Both the position numbers and the translations under genes were made by a program. Shown piece by piece: positions 41,605 through 51,667 of a stretch of DNA of 64,000 nt. Under the pieces are notes generated by a model. That model had not been told where the DNA came from and made no database searches. It saw nothing but the letters and a program-made list of their open reading frames with translations. The first letter of the stretch is position 1; every line of letters starts with the position of its first letter. This DNA is from Endomicrobiales bacterium (lineage in GTDB: Bacteria; Elusimicrobiota; Endomicrobiia; Endomicrobiales; CAWCFT01). The stretch is taken from NCBI GenBank assembly GCA_963794945.1, contig CAWCFT010000001.1, positions 64,001 through 128,000 of the forward strand. The letters run 5' to 3'.

Positions 41605-42876
41605 CTATTGATACTTGTTTATCGCGAACTTGTCGATCATGGTGCCGTCCTGTTTCCATGCGGTGATCGTCAGCATGTAGGAATTGGCCTCTACCGTTTC
41701 ATAGCACGGCTGGTCTTTCGGGTTGTACGAGAACGCGTCCCAATCGGTAGGTTTTACGTCATTGTAATATTTCGCCCCGCTGCGGCCCGTTGTGTAATAA
41801 ATAGTCCCGTCGCGCGGCTTTTTCTGTATCTTATCGCCTTTTATCGGATATGTGCGGTAAATAGCGTGTTCATGGCCGTTGAAAACAACATCGACATGAT
41901 ATTTGTCAAAAACCGGGCAGAATGCGGCTTTGACGGCCGGGTTGGGCCTTCCCAATTTGTTGTTGTACGGAGGTTTATGGAAAAGCACTATCTTCCATAC
42001 CTTGTTAGTGGATCCCAGGTCGCGTTTCAGCCATTTGCACTGGGCCTTCAGTATATCGCCGTATTTTGGCGCCTCTTCATCTTCCTGAGAATCAAGTATT
42101 GCGAAATGCGCGCAGCCGTAGTCAAAGGAATAAACCTGGCCCTTCAAAGAATCAGGGCCATTCAAAGGAAGTTTGAACTGCGCCAGATAGTAAGCCGGCC
42201 TGGAATCATCTTTTACCTTATAGTCGCAGTACATTTCATGGTTCCCAAGCACGGGCATGGCCGGTATGGTATCGATAACACCCCAGGCAGATTCAAACCA
42301 GCTTTTCCAATGGGCATAACTCTGCCCTATCTCCACAAGGTCGCCGACATTCATAAAAAATTTGGCGTCCGGATTTTGGGTGAAAGCCTGGTGAATGGTC
42401 TTGTCCCACGGCTGATAGATGAGTTTGTCCTTATCGCCGCTTTGGCTGTCGCCGAATACTATAAATTTGAATTCAAATACCTTATTGCCCTCGGTTGTAA
42501 ATGTGTGGGACTCGCCTGTAAGGCCTCCCGATGCCAGGGAATATATGTATTTTGTCCCGGGTTTGAGGCCTTTCAGTGTAACGCTGAAAATATTGCTGTC
42601 GGCAGGGTCACCGCCTGAGACCTTGGGAAGTTTCTCGCTATGCACGATTTTTTCTTTAGCAGCGCCTGACGAGCCCGCGGGTTTGTATATTATTTTGGCC
42701 TCGGACACCGAAGTATTGTCTTTCCACGAGATAGTCTGCGTCGTCTTTGGGTCATCCGACCACGTCAGTGTGATTTCTCTGCAGCCCGCCATGGCCGCAG
42801 ACAGCTCTCCTGCCGGAAAGACCGCGATGGCAAAAACTACCGCCAGGATCTTCAATATCGATCTTAGGTTCTTCAT
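41605..42876 (-). CDS. Secreted purple-acid-phosphatase-like metallophosphoesterase (FN3 plus calcineurin-like domain)
   Basis: Signal peptide, FGDSQ, GDLV, GNHE, FHKPPY, NGHEH. Confidence 0.9.
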   Translation of the reverse strand: MKNLRSILKILAVVFAIAVFPAGELSAAMAGCREITLTWSDDPKTTQTISWKDNTSVSEAKIIYKPAGSSGAAKEKIVHSEKLPKVSGGDPADSNIFSVTLKGLKPGTKYIYSLASGGLTGESHTFTTEGNKVFEFKFIVFGDSQSGDKDKLIYQPWDKTIHQAFTQNPDAKFFMNVGDLVEIGQSYAHWKSWFESAWGVIDTIPAMPVLGNHEMYCDYKVKDDSRPAYYLAQFKLPLNGPDSLKGQVYSFDYGCAHFAILDSQEDEEAPKYGDILKAQCKWLKRDLGSTNKVWKIVLFHKPPYNNKLGRPNPAVKAAFCPVFDKYHVDVVFNGHEHAIYRTYPIKGDKIQKKPRDGTIYYTTGRSGAKYYNDVKPTDWDAFSYNPKDQPCYETVEANSYMLTITAWKQDGTMIDKFAINKYQ

Positions 42877-42896
42877 ATGGTTCTGCCTGTTTAAAT

Positions 42897-42951
42897 ATTA
42901 TATAAAATTGATTGTTAAGAATGTATTAATAAATGTGTTGTTTTGTATTAA
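42897..42951 (-). promoter_or_regulatory. Pho-box-like direct repeats plus -10 box
   Basis: Minus strand TTAATA-N5-CAACAC-N5-TTAATA-N5-TTAACA-N10-TATAAT (11-bp period). Confidence 0.65.
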
Positions 42952-43062
42952 CAGGAACCTTAACTGCCGGAGCTGCCGGTCTTAACGCAATGAGCCGAAC
43001 AAACCGGCCGCTGATAGATCCGCAAATGTAAAAATACTCAAACTAAACATCCGAAATAAAAA

Positions 43063-43085
43063 TGGCCGATATATTCTATCCGCCA
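43063..43085. terminator. Conserved palindrome copy 4
   Basis: TGGCCGATA-TATTC-TATCCGCCA. Confidence 0.65.
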
Positions 43086-43122
43086 TTTTAGATTCAGCCG
43101 ACTTGTTACGTCGTTCGCACTT

Positions 43123-43723
43123 TCACTTCCACTTCAAAACGAACAAACATCTCTTATTCCCTCGGAATATACATTCAAGTGTGCACACAAGTGACTTCTT
43201 TACCTCCGGACTTCTCAATGGCGCCCTGCATCCAGCCAACGCTCCCGTTGCATATAACCTCGCCGTAGTTATCATGGCCCTTCAGCAAAATTGACACGCT
43301 CCCGTTTGTGTCTTCAACCAATGACAATTCGCCCTGAGTGAAAAAGAATTTCCAAATCTGCGGAAAACGCTGGGCGATGAAGTGCTGAGAGCCTATTTTC
43401 ATGAATATCGACATCGCCGTGTTAAGGTTTGTGTGCGATACAAGCCTCATCGCTTCTGTGATCTTTGGAGTATTGCCTTTAGGCAGCACGCTTGTTATTG
43501 CGTATTCAAACTCTTTAAGAAAATCCGATGAAAAATAAGATATCCCTAGAGTTGACCCACTGACGATCTTCTCATTTTCGGGTTTCATTTTAGAAATGAT
43601 TTTGTGGAAGCTCTCATCACCGTATGTTTTTATAAGATAATCTTTCAGCCCGCCTACTATTGTACCGCGTATCTTCGCTTCTTGTATGTTATCATCCATG
43701 ATTAGTGATACCTCTCTTTTCAT
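43123..43723 (-). CDS. V4R/H-NOX-like small-ligand-binding protein (indel near 43177)
   Basis: KIRGT, RFPQIWKFFF..G, GWMQGAIE..G; corrected C-terminus ECIFRGNKRCLFVLKWK. Confidence 0.6.
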
Positions 43724-43766
43724 TAGCCTCGACGTTAGCGGGAGAACACCTTGTTCTATGTCTTAT

Positions 43767-44117
43767 TTAGCTTAACAACCATTCCAAACCGGCCTTACAG
43801 TCGTCAGTTACCAGCAAGCGGGCTCCCCTGTTAACCGCCACATTCTCGGCAAATCCAGTGTTCTTGCTTTTTTCATTAAGCACCAGCGTCTTGATCGGAT
43901 AATTCATGACTTTTGCGGCACGTTCGCCCAGAAGAAATTTATCTTGATCAGTGGGCCCTCCGGACAAAGTCATCATATCAACCAAGATACGAGTACGGTT
44001 ACTAATTTTGCATTCTCCAAGCACCAGGTCTATTAGCGATGAATATTGCGAGAAAGAATACTCGCCAGTTAATTGAATTTCAAGGTAATCAGGCAGTATA
44101 TTAATTTTGTAATTCAT
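43767..44117 (-). CDS. STAS/SEC14-like hypothetical protein
   Basis: RILVD, FAENVAVNRG, GLEWL pattern. Confidence 0.6.
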   Translation of the reverse strand: MNYKINILPDYLEIQLTGEYSFSQYSSLIDLVLGECKISNRTRILVDMMTLSGGPTDQDKFLLGERAAKVMNYPIKTLVLNEKSKNTGFAENVAVNRGARLLVTDDCKAGLEWLLS

Positions 44118-44172
44118 GAGTTCCCTCTTGAAAAAATGAACAAAGACATTTTTAAATAATGAGATCTGATAA

Positions 44173-44718
44173 TTATTTGCGTTTCCCCAGTTTTTCTGCC
44201 TCGGTATGTTCAGATTCTCTCAGAACGTGCAGCATGTATTTGAACTGCTTCTTCCTGTAGGCAGGATTTTTCCAATCGTTGCCGGTTATCACCTTGCGGC
44301 AGTTCCTGCTCCTGCACTTGCAGATCAATTTGTAATCAGGGTTCGAATCCGCCAGGCCGTAATCAAAACTTATCTCCTCGCCCTTCTTTATATCCCTTTT
44401 AGCTATAAAATCCCCGTTCTCGTCGAATACAAGATTGCCGTCGCAGGAATGGTTGAAACACCATTCCACCGAAAGGTTGTTGAAATCAAGCCCGTCCGGA
44501 GGGATAAAGCCTTTCTGGGTGCCAATGCAGAAATCTATTATTTTCTTCTGTATGTCCATGGAATAATTCCTAAAATGTTTCCACGGGATAACGTCTTCAT
44601 AGTCTTTTCTGCTTATACCGCCAGCCACTTTCTGCCCTTTTTTGAAACCGAACACGGCAAAAGCACCAATACCGCCCTTGTGTATCATCGACGGCTTTAG
44701 TTCCAGCGATACTTTCAT
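44173..44718 (-). CDS. SET-domain protein-lysine methyltransferase with post-SET Cys motif
   Basis: GIGAFA, FNHSCDGN, DIKKGEEISFDY, CKCRSRNCR. Confidence 0.92.
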   Translation of the reverse strand: MKVSLELKPSMIHKGGIGAFAVFGFKKGQKVAGGISRKDYEDVIPWKHFRNYSMDIQKKIIDFCIGTQKGFIPPDGLDFNNLSVEWCFNHSCDGNLVFDENGDFIAKRDIKKGEEISFDYGLADSNPDYKLICKCRSRNCRKVITGNDWKNPAYRKKQFKYMLHVLRESEHTEAEKLGKRK

Positions 44719-44803
44719 TTTAGCTCCAGTAAATTCAGGCTATCAATTGACTAAACGAAATTATACATCTTCTCTGGCGCCTATTGCAAATCGAAATAAA
44801 AAA

Positions 44804-44826
44804 AGGCGGATAAAAAGTATCTGCCT
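44804..44826. terminator. Conserved palindrome copy 5
   Basis: AGGCGGATA-AAAAG-TATCTGCCT. Confidence 0.7.
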
Positions 44827-44861
44827 TTGAAATTATTAACCGGTCGTTCATTCCTGCCAAA

Positions 44862-45253
44862 CTACCGGTTTTTCAAAGAATTTTCCGCTAAAACCGTAGC
44901 TAGACCCCACACTGCGTTCAATACAGCTAACAACAGCAAACTCTTCAACCCAAGACTCTCGTTGGGCGGCATTTTCAGCGGTATGAAAATATACCACGCC
45001 GCGAACGTTGGCAGAAGGCTCAGCATCAAACCCTTAAAAACATAAAGGTCGTCATAGAACGGAATGAGGAATATAACACCCCACAATCCTCCCCACACTA
45101 CAGGTCGATAGATATTGTCCGGCTTCCATCCCGCCGCCGGTGCATTCCAAACAGTGTAACGACCCCAGCCATGCTGAACAAATAAAAGAACATAGCCTCA
45201 ACAAATCCGCCGAAAGCCCCGCTTGCGAACACTACAGCCAGTTGTTTACGCAT
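44862..45253 (-). CDS. Small multi-TM hypothetical protein (indel near 45135)
   Basis: ATG 45253 MRKQLAVVFASGAFGGFVE..., then VWGGLWG...LNAVWG. Confidence 0.65.
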
Positions 45254-45347
45254 ACTCACCTCTTGGACAATATATAGCGTAAATAGATCTACTTTTCAAT
45301 GCTAATTTCCAGATCTCGTCGATTAGAATTTTCTCAATATAGCTCTT

Positions 45348-45572
45348 TCAAAATATCAAGTCGCGGTGAAGCCGCATGCTTTTTACTCCCACACGACCAC
45401 AGTGCGGGCAAAGAGGCCTGCGCCTGCTCCCCACGGCTCCACCGACACCAAGCATAGCGGGAGCCCACACGTGCCCGCGGGTCATAGCCTTTATCGGTTT
45501 TCCGCACGCCGGACAAACACTAGACCCGCCCGGTATCTCTGTTTCACATTTGATGCATTTATTCATAACCAT
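45348..45572 (-). CDS. Small zinc-ribbon protein
   Basis: CIKC, CPAC, CPHC; GGAGAG RBS. Confidence 0.6.
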   Translation of the reverse strand: MVMNKCIKCETEIPGGSSVCPACGKPIKAMTRGHVWAPAMLGVGGAVGSRRRPLCPHCGRVGVKSMRLHRDLIF

Positions 45573-45584
45573 ATAATCTCTCCA

Positions 45585-46464
45585 TTATTGTTTCTTATAA
45601 TAACCCCTTCCACCGCTCTTTGCATGTTCCCTCTCCGCCTCTGCCTTTTGCTTTATGAAAGTCCCTTGGTCAAGCTCTTCGAAAGCCGTTGCCAGCTCTT
45701 CCTGAGTGTTCATGACTATCGGCCCGCCCCATGCTACCGGCTCTTTAAGCTGTTTTCCAGTCACAAATATGTAACGCAGGCTTTCCACAGCCTTGACAGT
45801 AACCTTTCCGGAGTCGCTAAATAGGACGAGTTTGCCCAGCCACAACTTCGCTCCATCGAAATCGCCCGCGCCTTCTATAACATAACAGAAGCTCGCGTAA
45901 CCTTTTTTCGCGGTGTGCTCAAGTTCCCTTCCCTTTTTTAACTTGACATCCAGGTATTCAACGTCCACTATTAAGTCCTTGACCGGCCCATAAACATCTT
46001 CATACGCGCCGGAGATAACCCTCACCGCCCCGCCCGGTATTGTTACCACAGGGAGTTCGTTCTCAAGTACGCCGCGGTAGCGCGGTTCCATCATCTTATC
46101 TTTGGCGGGCAGGTTAACCCACAGCTGTAAACCGTGCATCAACCCATCGGTTATCTGCGGCATCTCTTGATGTATAACCCGCCGCCCGCCGTCATCCACT
46201 GGACGTCCCCGGGCCTATCTTGCCCAAGTTGCCGATGCTGTCGCCGTGGTGGACAACGCCGCCCAGCATATAAGTGACAGTTTCTATCCCTCTGTGCGGA
46301 TGCCACGGAAACCCCTTGACGTAGTCCGCCGGGTCATCGGAGCCGAAGTGGTCCAAAAGCAGGAAAGGGTCAGTAAGCTCAGTATGGTCGTGCGCGAACA
46401 CCCTGCTGATCTTTACCCCCGCCCCATCCCACACAGTTTGCCCTTCAAGAATAATTTTTTTCAT
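45585..46464 (-). CDS. Pirin family protein (indels near 46180-46210)
   Basis: DPFLLLDHF, HPHRGIETVTY, HQEMP, QLWVNLP, GPIVMNT. Confidence 0.93.
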
Positions 46465-46623
46465 TTATGCCTCGTGCTGTTATCCTTTAACTATTTTATT
46501 AGATTGCGCGGGAATATACGCTAGTCTGTTTCGCTATTTTTTTGACTTTTTTCCAAACCGGGGCTGCCGGTCAAAATTTTTACAATGTACCTCCGCGCCA
46601 ACCAATCCGCGACGAACGTAAGA

Positions 46624-46678
46624 TTAACATATTCTTAACAAATAAAGCACATGAAAATTAACATTTATACGCTAAAAT
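46624..46678 (+). promoter_or_regulatory. Pho-box-like direct repeats upstream of MCP
   Basis: TTAACA-TATTC-TTAACA, third TTAACA at 46658, TAAAAT 9 nt later. Confidence 0.55.
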
Positions 46679-46859
46679 CGAGTAAAGATCGTGCGTTATA
46701 ATACCTGAGCCATGAAACAGAGCATGAAGGAACACGCGATACCGTTCACTGAAACTGCCGGGCCGTCGGCAGCCGTCCCTTAACACTCATACCACCACCA
46801 TCACCCCCAGCCGCCACCGCAATACTATGCTTTTGAAATCGATACAGGAACCACGGGAA

Positions 46860-48844
46860 ATGAAACATTTCAATAGCGTCGGGACTAAACTTATAATAAT
46901 ACTGACTTTCGGGATAGTGATATTGTGCTCCGTTCATGGAATGATCAATATAATTTTCCTTAGCAACAGCATGACAAGAGAGTTTGACGGAAGGATCGTG
47001 TCTATCGGCGAAAACCTCTCTGCCGGTATAACTGAACAACTAGGGGTAGCGCTGTCGTGCACAAGGGATACAATGATGAAGATCATGCTTGACCCTGTGA
47101 TCCCCGTATTCGATTCGGTTGTGGAGAAGGAAGACATAGCTTATGTAGTGCTATCCAAAAATGACGGCAAAGCTATCCTCACTGCCGGCAGCCGAGAGGC
47201 GCTAAAGGGCAGGCTTTCGGGCGTAAAAAAAGACATCCGCTCTCTCGGACAGTATAAGATAAGCCGTGTGTCGTTCAAAAGCGGTAATTACCTCGAAGTG
47301 AATATCCCCGTGCTAAAGGATAAAAATACCATGGGGGTTATAAGCCTGGGGTTCACAGATACCCGGCTCAGGAATATAATCGCGCACTCAATTTGGTTCA
47401 TGGCTTTGACTTCGCTTATAGGAATATCGATACTATGCTCGCTGATATATATTTTTATCGGTAGGTCGGTATGCGGGCCTCTTAAAGAGGTAACGACGGC
47501 GGCTAAGGAGATAGCTAACGGCAACCTGTCCCAAAAGGATATACGAGTGGAAAGCGCGGACGAGATAGGCCAGCTCGCTGGTGTGTTCAACCAGATGGCC
47601 GCCAAGCTCGGCGGGCTCGCGAAAAGGGCAAGGCTTATCGCCGAAGGCAATATAGGCTCCAATATTGTCGAGGAACGCTTAAAGGCCGGCGAGAACCTTG
47701 AGAACGCGGCTATGCACGGCGATGAAAAGACAAAGGGTGACCTTGAGGAAGCTTTCGACGGGATGCTTGCTGAACTACGCAAACTCACAGTTCAGGCCCG
47801 CAGAATAGCCGCCGACGACTTGAACAATCCTTTGCTTGACATGCGTATGCAGGGCGAGCTCGGCCAGGCATTCTCTCTTATGACTCTGAAGCTCCGCGAA
47901 CTTTCGAAGGCGGCCGAACGCCTAGCTGAAGGCGACCTTGCCGAGAGCATAAAAGGAACAGGCGTGCTCTCAAACGCTTTCAAAAAAGTAATAACAAGCT
48001 CCGAAGAAATGGCGCAAAACGCCGCTACGATAGCAACTGCGACCTTACCGTCACCGTGAACATCAGGTCGGACAGAGATTCCCTCGGCATCGCTTTCTCA
48101 AAAATGGTCTCTAACTTAAGGAGCCTTATAGCGAACGTCAAAGAGCAGTCCGAGATAGTGTCGCAATCTGCAAAGGTGCTTTCGGACATGGCTGACCAGT
48201 TTGCCCAGGCTATAACGTCCGCGATAACCCAAAACCTTCAAACCGCCGCGGCGGCGGCAACCGACGCCCACAATACCAGCGTCATGGGCGAGAAATCGCT
48301 AAAAACACTCGTTGACAAAATAATGATGATAAAGTCCGTCTCTGAAGCGTCGGCCGCCGCTATGAATAAATTATCGGACAAGTCGTCGCAGATAGGCGAG
48401 ATAGTAGGCATGATAACAAAATTCGCCGACCAGAGCAGCCTGCTGTCCCTAAACGCGAACATAGAAGCCGCCAGGGCCGGCGAAGCCGGCAGAGGGTTCG
48501 CCGTAGTCGCCGGCGAAGTAAGGAAGCTTGCCGAGAATTCATCAAACTCCGCGCAAGAGATCTCAAGTATCGTGGAAGAAGTCCGGGGCGACACAAAAGA
48601 AGTATCGGCCTCTTTCATCAACGGGCAGCAACATATAAACATAGGCGCTTCACTGACCAAAGAGTCAAGCAGAAAGTTCCGTGAAATAGTCGCCAAACTT
48701 GACAACATCTCGGGCCAGATAGAAAAAATGGCGGCTGCTTCGGAAGAAATTTCCGCCTCATCCCAGGAAACCACTTCAGCAGCTGCCCAGCTGTCCGGCA
48801 CAGCCAAGGTCCTGCGCGATGCAGTAAACAAATTCGTCGTTTAA
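46860..48844 (+). CDS. Methyl-accepting chemotaxis protein with multiple HAMP domains (indel near 48037)
   Basis: 2 TMs, [42 protein letters not shown]. Confidence 0.9.
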
Positions 48845-48917
48845 ACCAACCTCCGTATATACCAGGCTATCTGTACGATCAATCCCTTTGGCAGCTTTTC
48901 AGCGGTATAACGCCACT

Positions 48918-49319
48918 TCAGGCGCGGTTTGTTGAACACGTATGAACTGCACGATGCCGTGAATATCGCTTAGTTTTTTGTTGTATTCTGTTCTCGCGCC
49001 GCTCAGCGTTATTTCCACAGGCGCGTTTTCCGCGGCTCTCTGGGAACGTACATGATATCACACAGCTGAAATCGTCATCCCAATACGCCTTGAATGCCAT
49101 CACACTGTTGTCAGGCAACCTAAAACTCACTCTCGGATTCTCTGACACATCCATCGCCACATTAAAAATGAAAGTAAACGTAGTCTCCACTCCCGGCTTG
49201 ATGGCTTCGGGCGTGGAATAGAACATGCTCAGTTCTTGGGCCTGGTCTTCGCAGTGCGTCGTAAGCGCAGATGCCGCCAGCGCTAGAAGCGAAATAATAA
49301 TATAGTTTATGACCTTCAT
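48918..49319 (-). CDS. Secreted hypothetical protein (C-terminus probably frameshifted near 49030)
   Basis: GGAGG RBS, signal peptide, beta-rich N-domain. Confidence 0.5.
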   Translation of the reverse strand: MKVINYIIISLLALAASALTTHCEDQAQELSMFYSTPEAIKPGVETTFTFIFNVAMDVSENPRVSFRLPDNSVMAFKAYWDDDFSCVISCTFPESRGKRACGNNAERRENRIQQKTKRYSRHRAVHTCSTNRA

Positions 49320-49423
49320 AATAGACCTCCGTTGGAATCTATTCTGTGATCATATTTTGTAATTATTTTCGTTTCGGTCAAATCGGTGGGATACACCAAA
49401 TACTGACAATTTTCGGCTTTAAT

Positions 49424-50420
49424 TCAGGCTGGCTCTCTTAATTCTGAAAAACGTATAAGCTTTTCCCTGGCTTCGTCCCACAGCGCGAGGGTTATGGACC
49501 TGTTCATCTGTGAGTATGTCAGGGTTTTAACTTCCTGCAGTTCCGGTATTTCCCTGTAACAGCGGTCGAGGTTGTAGTTGGGTATCCTGTAATTTAAGTG
49601 ATGTATGTAATGGTAACCGATGTTCGCGGTAAACCAGCGCAATATTCCGGGAAAATTAAAGAACGAGCTCCCCTTCACGGCCGCCTGGAACCTGTCCCAC
49701 TTATCGTCGCGGGCCCAGTATACGCCTTCAAAATTGTGGTTGATGAAAAATATCCAGATACCGAAACTGAACGCCGGGATAGCGACAGGCAGTTGAACGG
49801 CCAGGTACTGCTTGATGCCTACGGTATAATGGGCCGTGAAAATTATCAAAGCTATCATTATATCGGTAAATATAATGCTCCAAAAAGTCTTGGCGCGCGT
49901 GCCTCCTCTCGGGAACCGGTTTAAAATTAAAAATTTCAGCGCCGGACCTACCCCGAAAAGCACGAACGGGTTGCGGAATATCCGGTAACCTATCCTTTTC
50001 CAGAACGGACGAAGCCTTATATTCATTTACGGTCATAGTCCAAACGTCCCCTTCGCCGCGCTTGTCGAGGTTGGCGACAGTGGCGTGGTGTATAACGTGG
50101 CCCTGCCTGAAATCGAAGAATGCCATGAAAGTGATTATCCCGCAGATGTGTCCTATGATAAAACTCGCGAGCGGCGACCTGCGCCAGTACGATTTGTGCG
50201 AACAGTCGTGCATTATCAGGAATATCCTCACAAAGAAGAGGCTCGCGAGCGGCGCCAGCAGCAAAACCGTCCAATACCTGTAACCGTTATGCACAAGATA
50301 AAGCATAGTGAATATAAGTAAGAAATACGGAACTGACGTCACCAGCATTTGTGTTACGGACTTATAAATATCCGCCCCTTCATATTGGTTTAACTTCTGG
50401 ACCCATTCTCCGTGCTGCAT
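49424..50420 (-). CDS. Membrane fatty acid desaturase (Des-like; indel near 50010)
   Basis: His boxes HDCSH, HVIHH, HYIHH; IPNYNL. Confidence 0.9.
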
Positions 50421-50649
50421 AAAACACTCCTTAAGTTAATGTAAGAAGCTTTCCAGTATTTTATTAGATTCCGATCTAATATTTGATTACTTGTTTCGCC
50501 TTTTCGTTGACGTTTTTACACCTCGGACTTCACAATCGCCGCCAAGCTATTTTCAGTAGTAAGAAGATCAGTTAAAAGGAGAAAAACGCCATTGAACAGG
50601 CCAGCTTTAAGTTGTAACCTTTAAAATATCGTTCAAGGCGGAGGGTTTT

Positions 50650-51639
50650 ATGCTTAAAGTTGCCATAAACGGGCTTGGAAGGATCGGAAGGGCGGCGCTA
50701 AGGGTGATCATGGACACGCCTGAACTGGAGTTGGTGGCGGTAAACGACCTCATCGCGGTAGACAACCTCGTTTACCTTCTCCAGTATGATACAGTTTACG
50801 GTCTGTACGAAAAGGCTGTCTCTAACGATAAGGGTAATTTAGCGATCAACGGAAAAAAGTTAAAGCTATATACCGAAAAAGACCCCGCTCAGCTGCCGTG
50901 GAAAAAGCTGGGTATAGATATTGTGTTCGAGTGCACCGGGTTTTTTACCGCCAGGGATGACGCGCAAAAACATATAAAAGCCGGAGCAAAAAGGGTCATA
51001 CTTTCCGCGCCGTCAAAAAGCGAGGACGTTGTGACAGTGGTCCACGGCGTAAATAAAGCCGGAAAGGACGACGCAATAATTTCCACCGCGAGCTGCACCA
51101 CCAACTGCATAACACCGGTGATAGAGATCATTGGCAGGCGGGTGGGGATCAAGAAAGCGATAATGACCACCCTGCACGCTTACACGTCTTCCCAGCACCT
51201 GGTAGACGGCCCTTCCTCTAAGTTCAGGAAAGGGCGCGCGGCGGGCGCAAACCTTGTACCGACAACAACCGGCGCGGCTATCGCAACAACAAGAGCTCTG
51301 CCGCAGTATAAAGACAAGTTCGACGGTTCAGCAGTGCGCGCGCCCATTGCCGTGGGCTCGATATCCGACATCATCCTTGTAACATCAAGAAACACTTCAG
51401 TGGAAGAAGTAAACGGTATATTCATAGAAGAATCCCAGGCATCGAGGTATAGGGGCATTCTAGGCGTCGCGAGGGACCCGATAGTCTCTTCTGACATCAT
51501 CAGGGACCCCAGGGCTTCTATTGTCGATTTAGAGATGACGCAAGTAGTCGACCATGACCTTGTAAAGATAATGAGCTGGTACGATAATGAGTGGGGTTAT
51601 GTCAACCAGATGATAAGAACGGCTATGACATTCGCCTAG
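50650..51639 (+). CDS. gap: Type I glyceraldehyde-3-phosphate dehydrogenase
   Basis: INGLGRIGR, ASCTTNC, PTTTGAA, SWYDNEWGY. Confidence 0.96.
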   Translation: MLKVAINGLGRIGRAALRVIMDTPELELVAVNDLIAVDNLVYLLQYDTVYGLYEKAVSNDKGNLAINGKKLKLYTEKDPAQLPWKKLGIDIVFECTGFFTARDDAQKHIKAGAKRVILSAPSKSEDVVTVVHGVNKAGKDDAIISTASCTTNCITPVIEIIGRRVGIKKAIMTTLHAYTSSQHLVDGPSSKFRKGRAAGANLVPTTTGAAIATTRALPQYKDKFDGSAVRAPIAVGSISDIILVTSRNTSVEEVNGIFIEESQASRYRGILGVARDPIVSSDIIRDPRASIVDLEMTQVVDHDLVKIMSWYDNEWGYVNQMIRTAMTFA

Positions 51640-51667
51640 TCAATAATCATTCAACCTGGAGAATAAA

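Noticed and set aside
42966..46572. Shared CCGGRGCTGCCGGTC near both Pho-box-like sites
   Set aside because: Only two copies, with different orientation and distance relative to the genes. Cannot be distinguished from chance.
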